A DNA stretch of 64,000 bases, taken from Candidatus Saccharimonadia bacterium. Lineage in GTDB: Bacteria; Patescibacteriota; Saccharimonadia; UBA4664; JBBRNT01. Each line of letters opens with the position of its first letter. Position 1 is the stretch's first letter. A program made the translations under genes and the position numbers. The stretch is from assembly GCA_038230095.1 (NCBI GenBank), contig JBBRNT010000001.1:48848-112847 (forward strand). Reading direction: 5' to 3'. Below, one piece after another: positions 1 through 8,385 of the stretch. The notes under the pieces are model-generated. The model saw nothing but the letters and a program-made list of their open reading frames with translations. It had not been told where the DNA came from and made no database searches.

Positions 1-1
1 T

Positions 2-715
2 TCAAAGGGTCGTAAATTTATTCTTTGCAAGAACGGTACTGTTACTGAAACAACTGATGGTTCACCGACAGACCCATTCTGTGCAAAACCAGGCGCGGGC
101 GGTGTGGTAAACAGTAATATCGCTGCACCAATACCAGATGACTTAACCAACCAGCCCCCATCTACCGCCGGATGGTACCTTATCTTTTGCAACGATTACA
201 CTGGCGGGGTGAGCTTAACTCCGGATGGTCGGGCCCTATGCTATGGGCACGGTGGGCTAATGACATCGGAGACCGCTGGCACAGTGCCAGGACCAAATGA
301 TATGCTCGCACTCTGTAAGGATGGGACGACCGTAAAGACAACCACTGACGGTCTAACTGGTGCTTGCAGCAGTGGTCTATTGATTGCACTATTCTCGCAG
401 ACGGGAGAAGTAACTCAGAGCACCAATCCTAAGTGTAGTGCGAGCGTTGTTACCCCTGGTCTCGACGCCACCGCGATCTGCTCCGCCCGAGGCGGCCCCA
501 TATTTGGCCTCATAAACTTTGCTATCAATTGGTTGATTCGCATTTTGGGTGGAGTAGCTGTCCTGGCATTAATTGTAAGTGGGATTCAATACATTACCTC
601 GCAGGGCAACCCGGACGCCATAAAGAAGGCTAAGAGCCGCATTACAAATGTAATTATTGGGCTACTTCTACTTAGCATCATGTTCGTAGTGCTCAAGTTT
701 ATTGGTATCGGCTAG
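2..715 (+). CDS. TrbC/VirB2-like pilin with Cys-rich N-terminal repeats (5' partial)
   Basis: Frame is open from the window edge. C-terminal two-TM pilin motif (LIVSGIQYITSQGNPDAIKKAKSRITNVIIGL). Repeated CxDGT...C..xGG motifs. Confidence 0.8.
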   Translation, partial: SKGRKFILCKNGTVTETTDGSPTDPFCAKPGAGGVVNSNIAAPIPDDLTNQPPSTAGWYLIFCNDYTGGVSLTPDGRALCYGHGGLMTSETAGTVPGPNDMLALCKDGTTVKTTTDGLTGACSSGLLIALFSQTGEVTQSTNPKCSASVVTPGLDATAICSARGGPIFGLINFAINWLIRILGGVAVLALIVSGIQYITSQGNPDAIKKAKSRITNVIIGLLLLSIMFVVLKFIGIG

Positions 716-769
716 CGACCATACCGCTCTACCTTGGTTTTTAGCACTACTTAACCTACAATCTGTGGA

Positions 770-1387
770 ATGAGGACAAAAGTATCACATGCAAAGGCAC
801 TTACTATCGCCGTTGTAGCACTTGGATTACAGGTGGTGGGTAGTTCCACTATTCTCCAACTACAGGCCTTGGCGGCGGCGGGTGGCCCAGGCCAAGCGGC
901 ATGCGTCGGTGGCGGCTATGTTGCTATTCCTGCCGATAACAACGTCGACGCTGCGTGTAAGGCGCAATACGGCCCCTCATCTGGTGCAGCAGTGACAACC
1001 CTAGCAACATCTGTTATATGCAATGATAAGACGGCAGCTAGCTACAATACAGCCACTGGCGATGCTGCGACTGCTTGCAAAAACAACGGTGGCTATACCT
1101 CAAAAGATACGAATTGCCCAACCGTAATTACGCACGGCCTACTGGTGGACTGCAACGCCAAGGGGGGTGTATTACTTGATCTGATCAACTTTGTCATTAA
1201 TTGGCTCATAGGTATTCTGGGAGGTTTTGCGGTATTGGCTTTGATTGTAAGTGGCATACAGTACATTACCTCGCAGGGCAGCCCCGATGGCATAAAGAAA
1301 GCAAAGGTGCGAATTACTAACGCAGTGGTCGGAGTCCTGCTATTATCAATAATGTTCATAGTGCTCAAATTCATAGGAATCGGATAA
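770..1387 (+). CDS. TrbC/VirB2-like pilin with signal peptide and Cys-rich region
   Basis: C-terminus is nearly the same as the upstream ORF (GIQYITSQGSPDGIKKAK...VLKFIGIG). Confidence 0.8.
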   Translation: MRTKVSHAKALTIAVVALGLQVVGSSTILQLQALAAAGGPGQAACVGGGYVAIPADNNVDAACKAQYGPSSGAAVTTLATSVICNDKTAASYNTATGDAATACKNNGGYTSKDTNCPTVITHGLLVDCNAKGGVLLDLINFVINWLIGILGGFAVLALIVSGIQYITSQGSPDGIKKAKVRITNAVVGVLLLSIMFIVLKFIGIG

Positions 1388-1695
1388 TGAAAACATATAT
1401 TATTACTTATCTTCTAGCGGCAGGCCCCACCCCGATATTGCAGGGCGTAAACCCTGATACCCAAGGACTGGATGCTGTACCTATACTCATTCATAACGTC
1501 GTGAATATTGCATTGTTCATAGCCGGCGGCCTATCGGTCATCTTCTTTATAGTCGGGGGTATGCGTTTTGCACTGTCTGCCGGTAATCCAGCCAGCACCA
1601 AACAGGCAAGGGAAACCATGCTCTACGCTATTATTGGTCTGGTGGTTTCTCTCGGGTCTTTTGCCATACTCAACTACGTAATACACATTTTCTAG
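1387..1695 (+). CDS. TrbC/VirB2-like pilin
   Basis: GGMRFALSAGNPASTKQARETMLYAIIGL motif typical of CPR pilins. Confidence 0.8.
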   Translation: MKTYIITYLLAAGPTPILQGVNPDTQGLDAVPILIHNVVNIALFIAGGLSVIFFIVGGMRFALSAGNPASTKQARETMLYAIIGLVVSLGSFAILNYVIHIF

Positions 1696-1701
1696 GACAC
1701 T

Positions 1702-2016
1702 ATGCTACACTCACTTCTTCACTACGCTCTTGCTACAATCACCATTTCTGATAACGGAATTATTAACTCTGGCACTGGGTTCTCTAGCCTGAATCCAGCC
1801 GGCGTATTCAGTGTAGTGGCAAATACTATAATTTTTCTCACTGGGGCAATTTCAGTAATCATGATCCTAGTCGGCGCTATTCGCTACGTAGTTTCGGCCG
1901 GTAATTCTGGGGCAGTTGCCAAGGCGAAGGATACTATCATCTACGCCTTGGTTGGACTGGTAGGCGCTGCCATGGGCTACGCTGCAATCCGCTTTATCGG
2001 GAACTTTTTCAAGTAA
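1702..2016 (+). CDS. TrbC/VirB2-like pilin
   Basis: GAIRYVVSAGNSGAVAKAKDTIIYALVGL motif. Confidence 0.8.
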   Translation: MLHSLLHYALATITISDNGIINSGTGFSSLNPAGVFSVVANTIIFLTGAISVIMILVGAIRYVVSAGNSGAVAKAKDTIIYALVGLVGAAMGYAAIRFIGNFFK

Positions 2017-2091
2017 TACTCTCGCTACCTGGTAGCAGCGTATGCTATCATTTTGCTAACGCTCATAAGCTAAATCACTAAGGAGAAACAA

Positions 2092-2481
2092 GTGAAACGA
2101 CTACAACAACTAATCCTCGGCGGCTTTACCGCCATGCTCGCTGTCATGTTCATGGCCGCACCAGCCCTAGGTGCGCCAGATGAGCTGGTAAATGGCATTA
2201 ACGGCTCGTCACCGACGAATGCCTCAAGCTGTCTGTTCGCAGGCCAGACCGGGTGTACGGCAGCCAACAGCATCTTCAGTCAGGTTGCCAACGTCCTGAT
2301 CTTCATCATCGGTGCCGTCGCTGTTATCATGCTGATCATCGGTGGTCTCCGCTACGTTCTCTCCAGTGGTAACTCCAGTGCAGTTGAAGGTGCTAAGAAC
2401 ACCATCCTCTACGCTATCATCGGTATCGTAGTAGCCTCACTGGCCTTTGCAGCGGTGAACTTCGTAGTTGGTAAGCTGTAA
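2092..2481 (+). CDS. TrbC/VirB2-like pilin (probable major pilin)
   Basis: RBS AAGGAG, signal peptide, GGLRYVLSSGNSSAVEGAKNTILYAIIG motif, codons look optimised for high expression. Confidence 0.85.
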   Translation: MKRLQQLILGGFTAMLAVMFMAAPALGAPDELVNGINGSSPTNASSCLFAGQTGCTAANSIFSQVANVLIFIIGAVAVIMLIIGGLRYVLSSGNSSAVEGAKNTILYAIIGIVVASLAFAAVNFVVGKL

Positions 2482-2497
2482 TAAGCGCCGACCCAGG

Positions 2498-2523
2498 AAG
2501 AGACCCCTTCGGGGGTCTTTTTT
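2498..2523 (+). terminator. Intrinsic terminator
   Basis: AAGAGACCCCTTCGGGGGTCTTTTTT hairpin plus U-tract. Confidence 0.85.
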
Positions 2524-2607
2524 GATAAGGTCTTTTGTATTCTCGCTCAAATCTGCTATGATTCGGCCAAGTCAAGCAAAAATATATAACAGCTCACAGG
2601 AGAATTT

Positions 2608-3030
2608 ATGCCCAAGTTCAGTAAAGTAAGTCGTATTATTGCCCAGGCCTTCCTGGCAATTACTCTGATTACTAGTCCGTTTGTAGCTTCCATCGCACTG
2701 GCCGCTCCGTCGGGTCTAACGGATGGTATTAATGGCTCAGCACCGACTGGAGCGAGCACCTGCTTATTTGCTGGTACTGGCACCAATGCCGCTGGTAGTG
2801 TCTGTACGGCTGCGGATAGTATCTTCAGCAAGGTTGCCAACGTCCTGATCTTCATCATCGGTGCAGTCGCTGTTATCATGCTGATCATCGGTGGTCTCCG
2901 CTACGTTCTCTCCAGCGGTAACTCCAGTGCAGTTGAAGGTGCTAAGAACACCATCCTCTACGCTATCATTGGTATCGTAGTAGCCTCACTGGCCTTTGCA
3001 GCTGTGAACTTCGTAGTTGGTAAGCTGTAA
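2608..3030 (+). CDS. TrbC/VirB2-like pilin (paralog of 2092-2481)
   Basis: C-terminal ~63 aa identical to the previous pilin; has its own RBS (AGGAG). Confidence 0.85.
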   Translation: MPKFSKVSRIIAQAFLAITLITSPFVASIALAAPSGLTDGINGSAPTGASTCLFAGTGTNAAGSVCTAADSIFSKVANVLIFIIGAVAVIMLIIGGLRYVLSSGNSSAVEGAKNTILYAIIGIVVASLAFAAVNFVVGKL

Positions 3031-3046
3031 TAAGCGCCGACTCAGG

Positions 3047-3072
3047 AAGAGACCCCTTCGGGGGTCTTTTTT
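3047..3072 (+). terminator. Intrinsic terminator
   Basis: Copy of the 2498-2523 hairpin. Confidence 0.85.
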
Positions 3073-3089
3073 GTTCCGTATGAGGTGCG

Positions 3090-3745
3090 GGTGGAGAGGG
3101 TACTACCCTCCTTCCTCCCATTAGCATCTATACCCTCCCGCTTCTATCCTGAAATACAGTTCTTCTCTTCTTGTGCCTTTTGTCCAGGCAAAAGGCACCA
3201 AAACCTGTCTCGCACATTGCCTTCACGGACGGAGCAGAACCAAGAACTTTCCACTTGGTCTGTGCTGCGTAACTTGCTCTTCCTGACAAGGCAGGAAGAG
3301 CTTCGAACAGTACTCGCACGGTAGATACTTACTAGTAGAAGTTCCAAGTCTTGGTTCTTTCCGGTGACTGGCAGGTGCTCGGTGATCAACCATGGATGGT
3401 TACCCGAGGCGGGTATGCAGGGAGTCAGGAAGAATCCACCCTCATGCTGACCCGTCTCCCCCTTGAACCTCGCTAGATAGTAGCTTCAGCGAGCATGAGT
3501 ACGCCGGACGGCGGCTCGTTGTCTCGCAGCAATAGATAAAGTAACCCAACAGACTGTGTCTATGAGTGAAATAGAACAAAAGGGATGAAGACTCGTTCTG
3601 GTGCTTGGCAATAAGTAGGTAGTGTCTTGCGATAGAGTTGTTCGCTGTACAAAAAGAGTTTTGCCTACTTTTGCTCGTTTGCCAAAAGTAGGAAAGAAAG
3701 AAATGTTGTGTAGCCTACTACCGTGCGAGGCCATAGATGAAATAA
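3090..3745. repeat. Structured non-coding region holding two oppositely oriented copies of a dispersed repeat family also found at 13490-13680
   Basis: Shared CTTTTG-loop-CAAAAG..CAAAA hairpin. Exact 14-nt and 13-nt reverse-complement matches to 13608-13621 and 13653-13665. Confidence 0.65.
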
Positions 3746-3809
3746 CTAGTTAAGGTAGAGGAGAATCAAAAAACTCCCCGGAGGGAGTAGTTTGGATCGA
3801 GGCTCGATA

Positions 3810-4235
3810 CTAGGCGGGGCGGACTTTGATCTTCTTGACCTTGTCCTGGGCCACCTTGGGAATGGTGATAGTAAGGACGCCATCCTTCAGGCTAGCAACT
3901 GCCTTTTCGGCAACAGTTGAGGTAGGTAGAATGACCGAGCGAGAGAATGAACCCCAGTAGCACTCCTGCACGTAGTAGTGCTCGCGGTCGACTTCGCGCT
4001 CTTCACGGCGCTCGCCGCGTAGTGTAACAACGTCTTCTGACACACTAATGTCTATGTCATCGGCCTTAACGCCGGCGATGGGCGCCTTGATAACAACATT
4101 TTCCTTGGTCTGATAGACATCAACAGCAAGCTGTCCTTCTACCTCTTCCATCCAGTCTTCGCTAGTCGCACCGACCTCGTCCAAGAACTCATCTTGCAGA
4201 ATATTCTCTTCCTGGGCAGCGATTTTCTTAGCCAT
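3810..4235 (-). CDS. Hsp20/alpha-crystallin small heat shock protein
   Basis: VDVYQT...ECYWGSFSRSVILP...LKDGVLTITIPK. Confidence 0.95.
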   Translation of the reverse strand: MAKKIAAQEENILQDEFLDEVGATSEDWMEEVEGQLAVDVYQTKENVVIKAPIAGVKADDIDISVSEDVVTLRGERREEREVDREHYYVQECYWGSFSRSVILPTSTVAEKAVASLKDGVLTITIPKVAQDKVKKIKVRPA

Positions 4236-4368
4236 GCACCCTATCCTCCACATTATGCTTACCCAGACCGGTACCAGTTATGGTTGTCCTGAGTAAACGC
4301 TTTGGTCTATTATAGGCAAATTAATTGGCATCTGGCAACAAGGTCACGTTTATGGGTAGAACAGAAGC

Positions 4369-5034
4369 ATGCTAGCGCAGCGTTTAATTGAAGTAATTGC
4401 ACCAGTGTCCTGCTTGGGCTGCGGGATTGAAGGCAATCTGGTTTGCGGCCGATGCGTGGCCAGGCTTGGTGTGCCGAAAACGGCTACGTGCTACAACTGC
4501 AACCGCTTGAGTGCAAACGGTCGTACTTGTGCTAGTTGTCGTAGGCGTACAGAACTACACGGTGTAGTAGTGGCATACCGCTACGAGGGTTTGGCGCAGG
4601 CTCTGATTGGCCAGCTGAAGTACCACGGCCAACAATCGGCGGCGGAGCTCTGCGGGCAGCTCCTGGCCGAGCAATTGCAAGCCGAGGACTATGATCTGGT
4701 GACATGTGTACCGGCGGCGGCGGGGCGGCGCCTACAGCGAGGGTACAACCAGGCGGAGCTCATAGCTCGGGCTGTGGCGCACCAACTGCAGCTGCCCTAC
4801 GTGCATACCCTTGAGCGCAGGACGGACGCACGGCAGGTGGGTCATAGCCGGGCAGAGCGGATTGTCCAGGCCAGTGCCGCCTATGCCGCCCGGAAAAGCC
4901 GCCTAGTGGTGGGGTCGCGGGTGCTGGTGGTGGACGACGTAGCTACTACTGGGGCTACTCTGGCAGCCTGCGCGGGAGCGCTGCAGGAGGCTGGGGCCAA
5001 AGCAGTCTGGGGCGGTGTACTGGCCAAGCATTAG
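4369..5034 (+). CDS. comF: ComF family amidophosphoribosyltransferase-like competence protein
   Basis: N-terminal CxxC zinc ribbons, RGYNQA, and PRTase motif VLVVDDVATTGATL. Confidence 0.92.
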   Translation: MLAQRLIEVIAPVSCLGCGIEGNLVCGRCVARLGVPKTATCYNCNRLSANGRTCASCRRRTELHGVVVAYRYEGLAQALIGQLKYHGQQSAAELCGQLLAEQLQAEDYDLVTCVPAAAGRRLQRGYNQAELIARAVAHQLQLPYVHTLERRTDARQVGHSRAERIVQASAAYAARKSRLVVGSRVLVVDDVATTGATLAACAGALQEAGAKAVWGGVLAKH

Positions 5035-5110
5035 CGTCTCCCGTGGCCTATCTGGAAAGTTATTGCGAAAACACGCTCAAAACACTATACTCCTAGGGTC
5101 GTTGTGACCT

Positions 5111-5197
5111 GGAGGGGTCGCATAGTGGTTTAGTGCACCGGTCTTGAAAACCGGAGACCCAAAAGGTCCGAGAGTTCGAATCTCTCCCCCTCCGCCA
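5111..5197 (+). tRNA. tRNA-Ser(TGA)
   Basis: Cloverleaf with CT-TGA-AA loop, variable arm, GTTCGAATC T-loop and CCA end. Confidence 0.95.
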
Positions 5198-5312
5198 TGT
5201 CGTCGCAAAGTTTCGGCTTGCGAGAGCAATAATACTGCTCAGGGTAGTACGTATATTGTTAAAGTTGCGGACCCCACATGGTAAACTAGGTCATAATGCT
5301 CGAAGACAACAC

Positions 5313-5405
5313 GGAGAGGTACCCAAGTGGCTGAAGGGGCGGGTTTGCTAAACCTGTAGGGGGGAGTAATCCCCCGCGAGAGTTCGAATCTCTCCCTCTC
5401 CGCCA
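5313..5405 (+). tRNA. tRNA-Ser(GCT)
   Basis: TT-GCT-AA loop, long variable arm, T-loop, CCA. Confidence 0.95.
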
Positions 5406-5507
5406 AGAAAAATGTCCCAGCTGGTCTGGGGCTTTTTTCTTGCTTGGAACATAAGGCTTTTGTAATTATTGGCCTAGACGTGCAATAATTGTGGTAAGGA
5501 AATCACT

Positions 5508-6092
5508 GTGAACCAAGAGTCAGACAAATCCATCGAGAACGAGCCCGACGAAGTCATGCCAGGGCATCTGACAGCCGGGCTATCTACTGATGTTGGCGAG
5601 GTAGATGAGCAGGATGAGGTGCGTGAGGTGGACCCGGAAGAGACATTTTCCTGGCAAGCGTCGGAGTACATACACCACGACAAGACGAAGCAGTGGTACA
5701 TAATTGTGATTGTGGGTGCGCTGGCTCTGGCTGCTGGCCTGGCCGCGTTCCAGCAGTGGTTTAGCATACCTGTCGTTATTGCCATGGCTGCCGCTATTGT
5801 TGTTTACGGGGCGCGTGCACCACGCGTACTCAACTACTCCCTGGATGATCACGGTATTACTATCGAGGGCAAGAGCTACCCATACTCCCAGTTTCGTTCC
5901 TTTGCCGTTGTGCAGGACGTAGCCTGGCACTCGATAGATCTGGAGCCTACACAGCGGTTCATGCCGCGCCTCACTATCCTGTTTGATAACGATGACTTCG
6001 CGGTTATTGTGAACCTGCTAAGCGGCTACCTGCCGGAAGTGGATCGCTCGCCGGACTGGATTGAGCGATTGTCCCGCTACCTGAAGTTCTAG
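5508..6092 (+). CDS. Conserved CPR two-TM membrane protein (hypothetical)
   Basis: FSWQASEYIHHDK motif, two TM helices and a PH-like C-terminal region. Confidence 0.7.
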   Translation: MNQESDKSIENEPDEVMPGHLTAGLSTDVGEVDEQDEVREVDPEETFSWQASEYIHHDKTKQWYIIVIVGALALAAGLAAFQQWFSIPVVIAMAAAIVVYGARAPRVLNYSLDDHGITIEGKSYPYSQFRSFAVVQDVAWHSIDLEPTQRFMPRLTILFDNDDFAVIVNLLSGYLPEVDRSPDWIERLSRYLKF

Positions 6093-6162
6093 GCTTCCCT
6101 CGGTCGCTAAAATGTGTTATTGTTGGCTTCGTCCCAACCGCACTTTCGTAGTCCATATTTGT

Positions 6163-6239
6163 GCGCTCGTAGCTCAGCTGGATAGAGCATCAGCTTGCGG
6201 TGCTGGGGGTCGGGGGTTCGAATCCCTTCGAGCGCACCA
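6163..6239 (+). tRNA. tRNA-Arg(GCG)
   Basis: Anticodon stem TCAGC/GCTGG with loop TT-GCG-GT, GGTTCGAATC T-loop, CCA. Confidence 0.92.
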
Positions 6240-6457
6240 GAGGCCTGTAACCAATTCGTTGGTAACAGGCCTCTGTTTTTGTTTGTGGGATGAGAACCCC
6301 CGAAAAGCCGGGTACTCACGGCGTGGGGTTCGGCGTAGGGCGCAGTCGCGGCGGAGCTGGCTTCAAGAACCTGCGCCCGGAGAAGCACGAATGTGCGCTA
6401 TCCCTTCGAGCGCACCAGAGGCCTGTAACCAATTCGTTGGTAACAGGCCTCTGTTTT
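6222..6457 (+). repeat. 58-bp perfect direct repeat (6222-6279 and 6400-6457; tRNA 3' end plus terminator) flanking a ~110-bp structured element
   Basis: Direct sequence comparison. The inner element is homologous to 47781-47868. Confidence 0.95.
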
Positions 6458-6473
6458 GTTTAGGATAGGGGTA

Positions 6474-8033
6474 ATGCGAGAAACTCCTTCACCAGCGGCG
6501 CGGCGTAGTCAATTATGGCTCTACATCCTGGCCTGTACCGCCTTTGTGCTCTGTGCACTGGGGATAGTCTGGGCGGCCTATGGTCGAGTAGAGCTGAACG
6601 GCAGCGGGAATAGGCTTATTCTGGCGAACTACCGTGATGACTTCATCTACAACTCCCTGGTTGCTAGCGGGGAGTTCTGTCGGCACAATCTGACAACAGC
6701 TATTCCAGAGGGGGGCTGCCGCATTAACCTGATCTGGTCTTTTACCCACCTCTTGTATTTCAACCAATCGGTTGCGCTGGCCGGCTTGTTGCTGCGCACT
6801 CTACTCTTTGGGTTAATCGCGACTGCCCTCCACGTGTTTGCCAGGCGCTGGTCCAGGGCCGCTGGGCTCCCAGAAGGGCGGGCCAGGCTGTGGCTGTTTG
6901 CCTTGGCTATGACGGCGGCCTATCCGCTGATCCTGGTGGCACCACGCTTGGACTACCATGAGTTTAGTGTCTTTTTGTCTCTCATCTCATCGCCGCCCAA
7001 TTTATTTTCGGCATTGGCCTATTTGGTGGTATTTGGCGGTTACTACCTGGGGCGTCACAAGCCGAGTACTTGGCCCATCTGGGGTGGTCTGGCAGGCATA
7101 TGGTTGTTTATCCACCCTTACTTTGTGTACCAGTGGGTAAGTCTAGTACTGGTCTGGGCCTATCTGGATAGGCGGACGCTCCGCGACCACTGGGGTAAGC
7201 GTTTGCTTCTGCTCGTGCCATCGACAGCAGCCATGCTCTACTACCTGTGGCTCGCACGGGTGAACCAATTCTTCAGATTCCACCTAGGAACCAATGTGAC
7301 TCGTTACCCGCTTAGCCTCTTGATTGTTCTGGTGGTGACACTAGTCGTGTATGGCTGGCTCAGCGTGAGGATAATCCGGCGTGGTACAGCTATGGCTGAG
7401 CGATCGACACTCCGACCGGATGGGTACCTCCTGAGCTGGGCGGTGGTGGTTGGGGTGTGGCAACTAGTTCCGATAGCCACCCAGATCCGTGGACTACTCC
7501 TCCTAAGCCTGCCACTGGCACTCCTACAGACGCAGCTGGTAATTCGATCCGGCGTGCGGTCCTATACGCGCCTGCTCCTTGGGGTGGTCGCGCTTAATTG
7601 TCTGCTCCTCTTAGGATCACTTATGAGCTACGAGCGACAGTATCTGGGTCCGGATACTCGACAGGTCACCCTGACCAGTGAAGACCGCGACCTAGGACTG
7701 TGGCTTGGAGCACCACCACAGAAGCAGGAGTATTTTGTGGGAACGGAGACCGCGAGCAGCCGCTTCATGTGGTTGTCACAGACCCACATTGTGAATACCC
7801 AGCAGCATGAGAGCCAGTACTTCCCCTGGTGGCACGAGCTAGATAAGCAGGTACGCCAGGGAGCTGGATCCTGCGACAAGGTAGCGCTGGGTATGAATAC
7901 GACCCATGCCAGCGGTGAGATTGCAGCCAAGTTCCGGGACCGGGACTGGATTACATTTATGCAGAGCTGTGGAGCACCGGTACGCTTCGAGAACGCGTCC
8001 TGGGTGGTCACTGGCGCTCCAGCGGCCAGGTAG
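6474..8033 (+). CDS. Polytopic membrane protein, possible GT-C glycosyltransferase
   Basis: About 12 TM segments, acidic DD in the first external loop, soluble C-terminal domain. Confidence 0.55.
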   Translation: MRETPSPAARRSQLWLYILACTAFVLCALGIVWAAYGRVELNGSGNRLILANYRDDFIYNSLVASGEFCRHNLTTAIPEGGCRINLIWSFTHLLYFNQSVALAGLLLRTLLFGLIATALHVFARRWSRAAGLPEGRARLWLFALAMTAAYPLILVAPRLDYHEFSVFLSLISSPPNLFSALAYLVVFGGYYLGRHKPSTWPIWGGLAGIWLFIHPYFVYQWVSLVLVWAYLDRRTLRDHWGKRLLLLVPSTAAMLYYLWLARVNQFFRFHLGTNVTRYPLSLLIVLVVTLVVYGWLSVRIIRRGTAMAERSTLRPDGYLLSWAVVVGVWQLVPIATQIRGLLLLSLPLALLQTQLVIRSGVRSYTRLLLGVVALNCLLLLGSLMSYERQYLGPDTRQVTLTSEDRDLGLWLGAPPQKQEYFVGTETASSRFMWLSQTHIVNTQQHESQYFPWWHELDKQVRQGAGSCDKVALGMNTTHASGEIAAKFRDRDWITFMQSCGAPVRFENASWVVTGAPAAR

Positions 8034-8229
8034 CCGACCCAGGCTGGTCAAATACAGGTCTAGGCGGTACAATACGACGGTATTTTTCGCCGTTATCTGT
8101 GAATGTACTGAACTGATAGCCGAGCCAGACCAAGCCGAAGGCTGTGTGGCGAGGCATAAGGAAGAACCGCATGAAACCTGGAGTACATTGATTGCCAATG
8201 TATGGAAGGTGAAGCTGCGGTTATGACGC

Positions 8230-8319
8230 GGAGAGGTGACCGAGTGGCTGAAGGTACCGCTCTCGAAAAGCGGCATACCCGCAAGGGTATCGTGGGTTCA
8301 AATCCCACCCTCTCCGCCA
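8230..8319 (+). tRNA. tRNA-Ser(CGA)
   Basis: CT-CGA-AA loop, variable arm, GGTTCAAATC, CCA. Confidence 0.95.
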
Positions 8320-8385
8320 AAGAAATGTCCTCAGCCTAGGCTGGGGGCTTTTCTTTGTTGGCGCGTATCCCGCTATAATCTGGTT

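Larger units (their letters stand above)
2272..3073 (+). repeat. ~253-bp near-identical direct repeat (2272-2524 and 2821-3073) covering pilin C-termini and terminators
   Basis: Direct comparison shows only a handful of mismatches at offset 549. Confidence 0.95.

Noticed and set aside
3085-3400. Possible RNase P RNA (minus-strand GTGGAAAGTTC resembles GAGGAAAGTCC)
   Set aside because: The match is imperfect and I found no complementary P4 3' motif. The region is better explained by the repeat family.
6222-6457. Prophage or integrative element att sites
   Set aside because: Only ~120 bp lie between the repeats and there is no integrase in the window. Kept as a small-element finding instead.
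8236-8385. N-terminal extension of the 513-aa ORF, and ORFs 6112-6468 and 47600-47936
   Set aside because: They overlap tRNA genes and terminators, so they are spurious translations.
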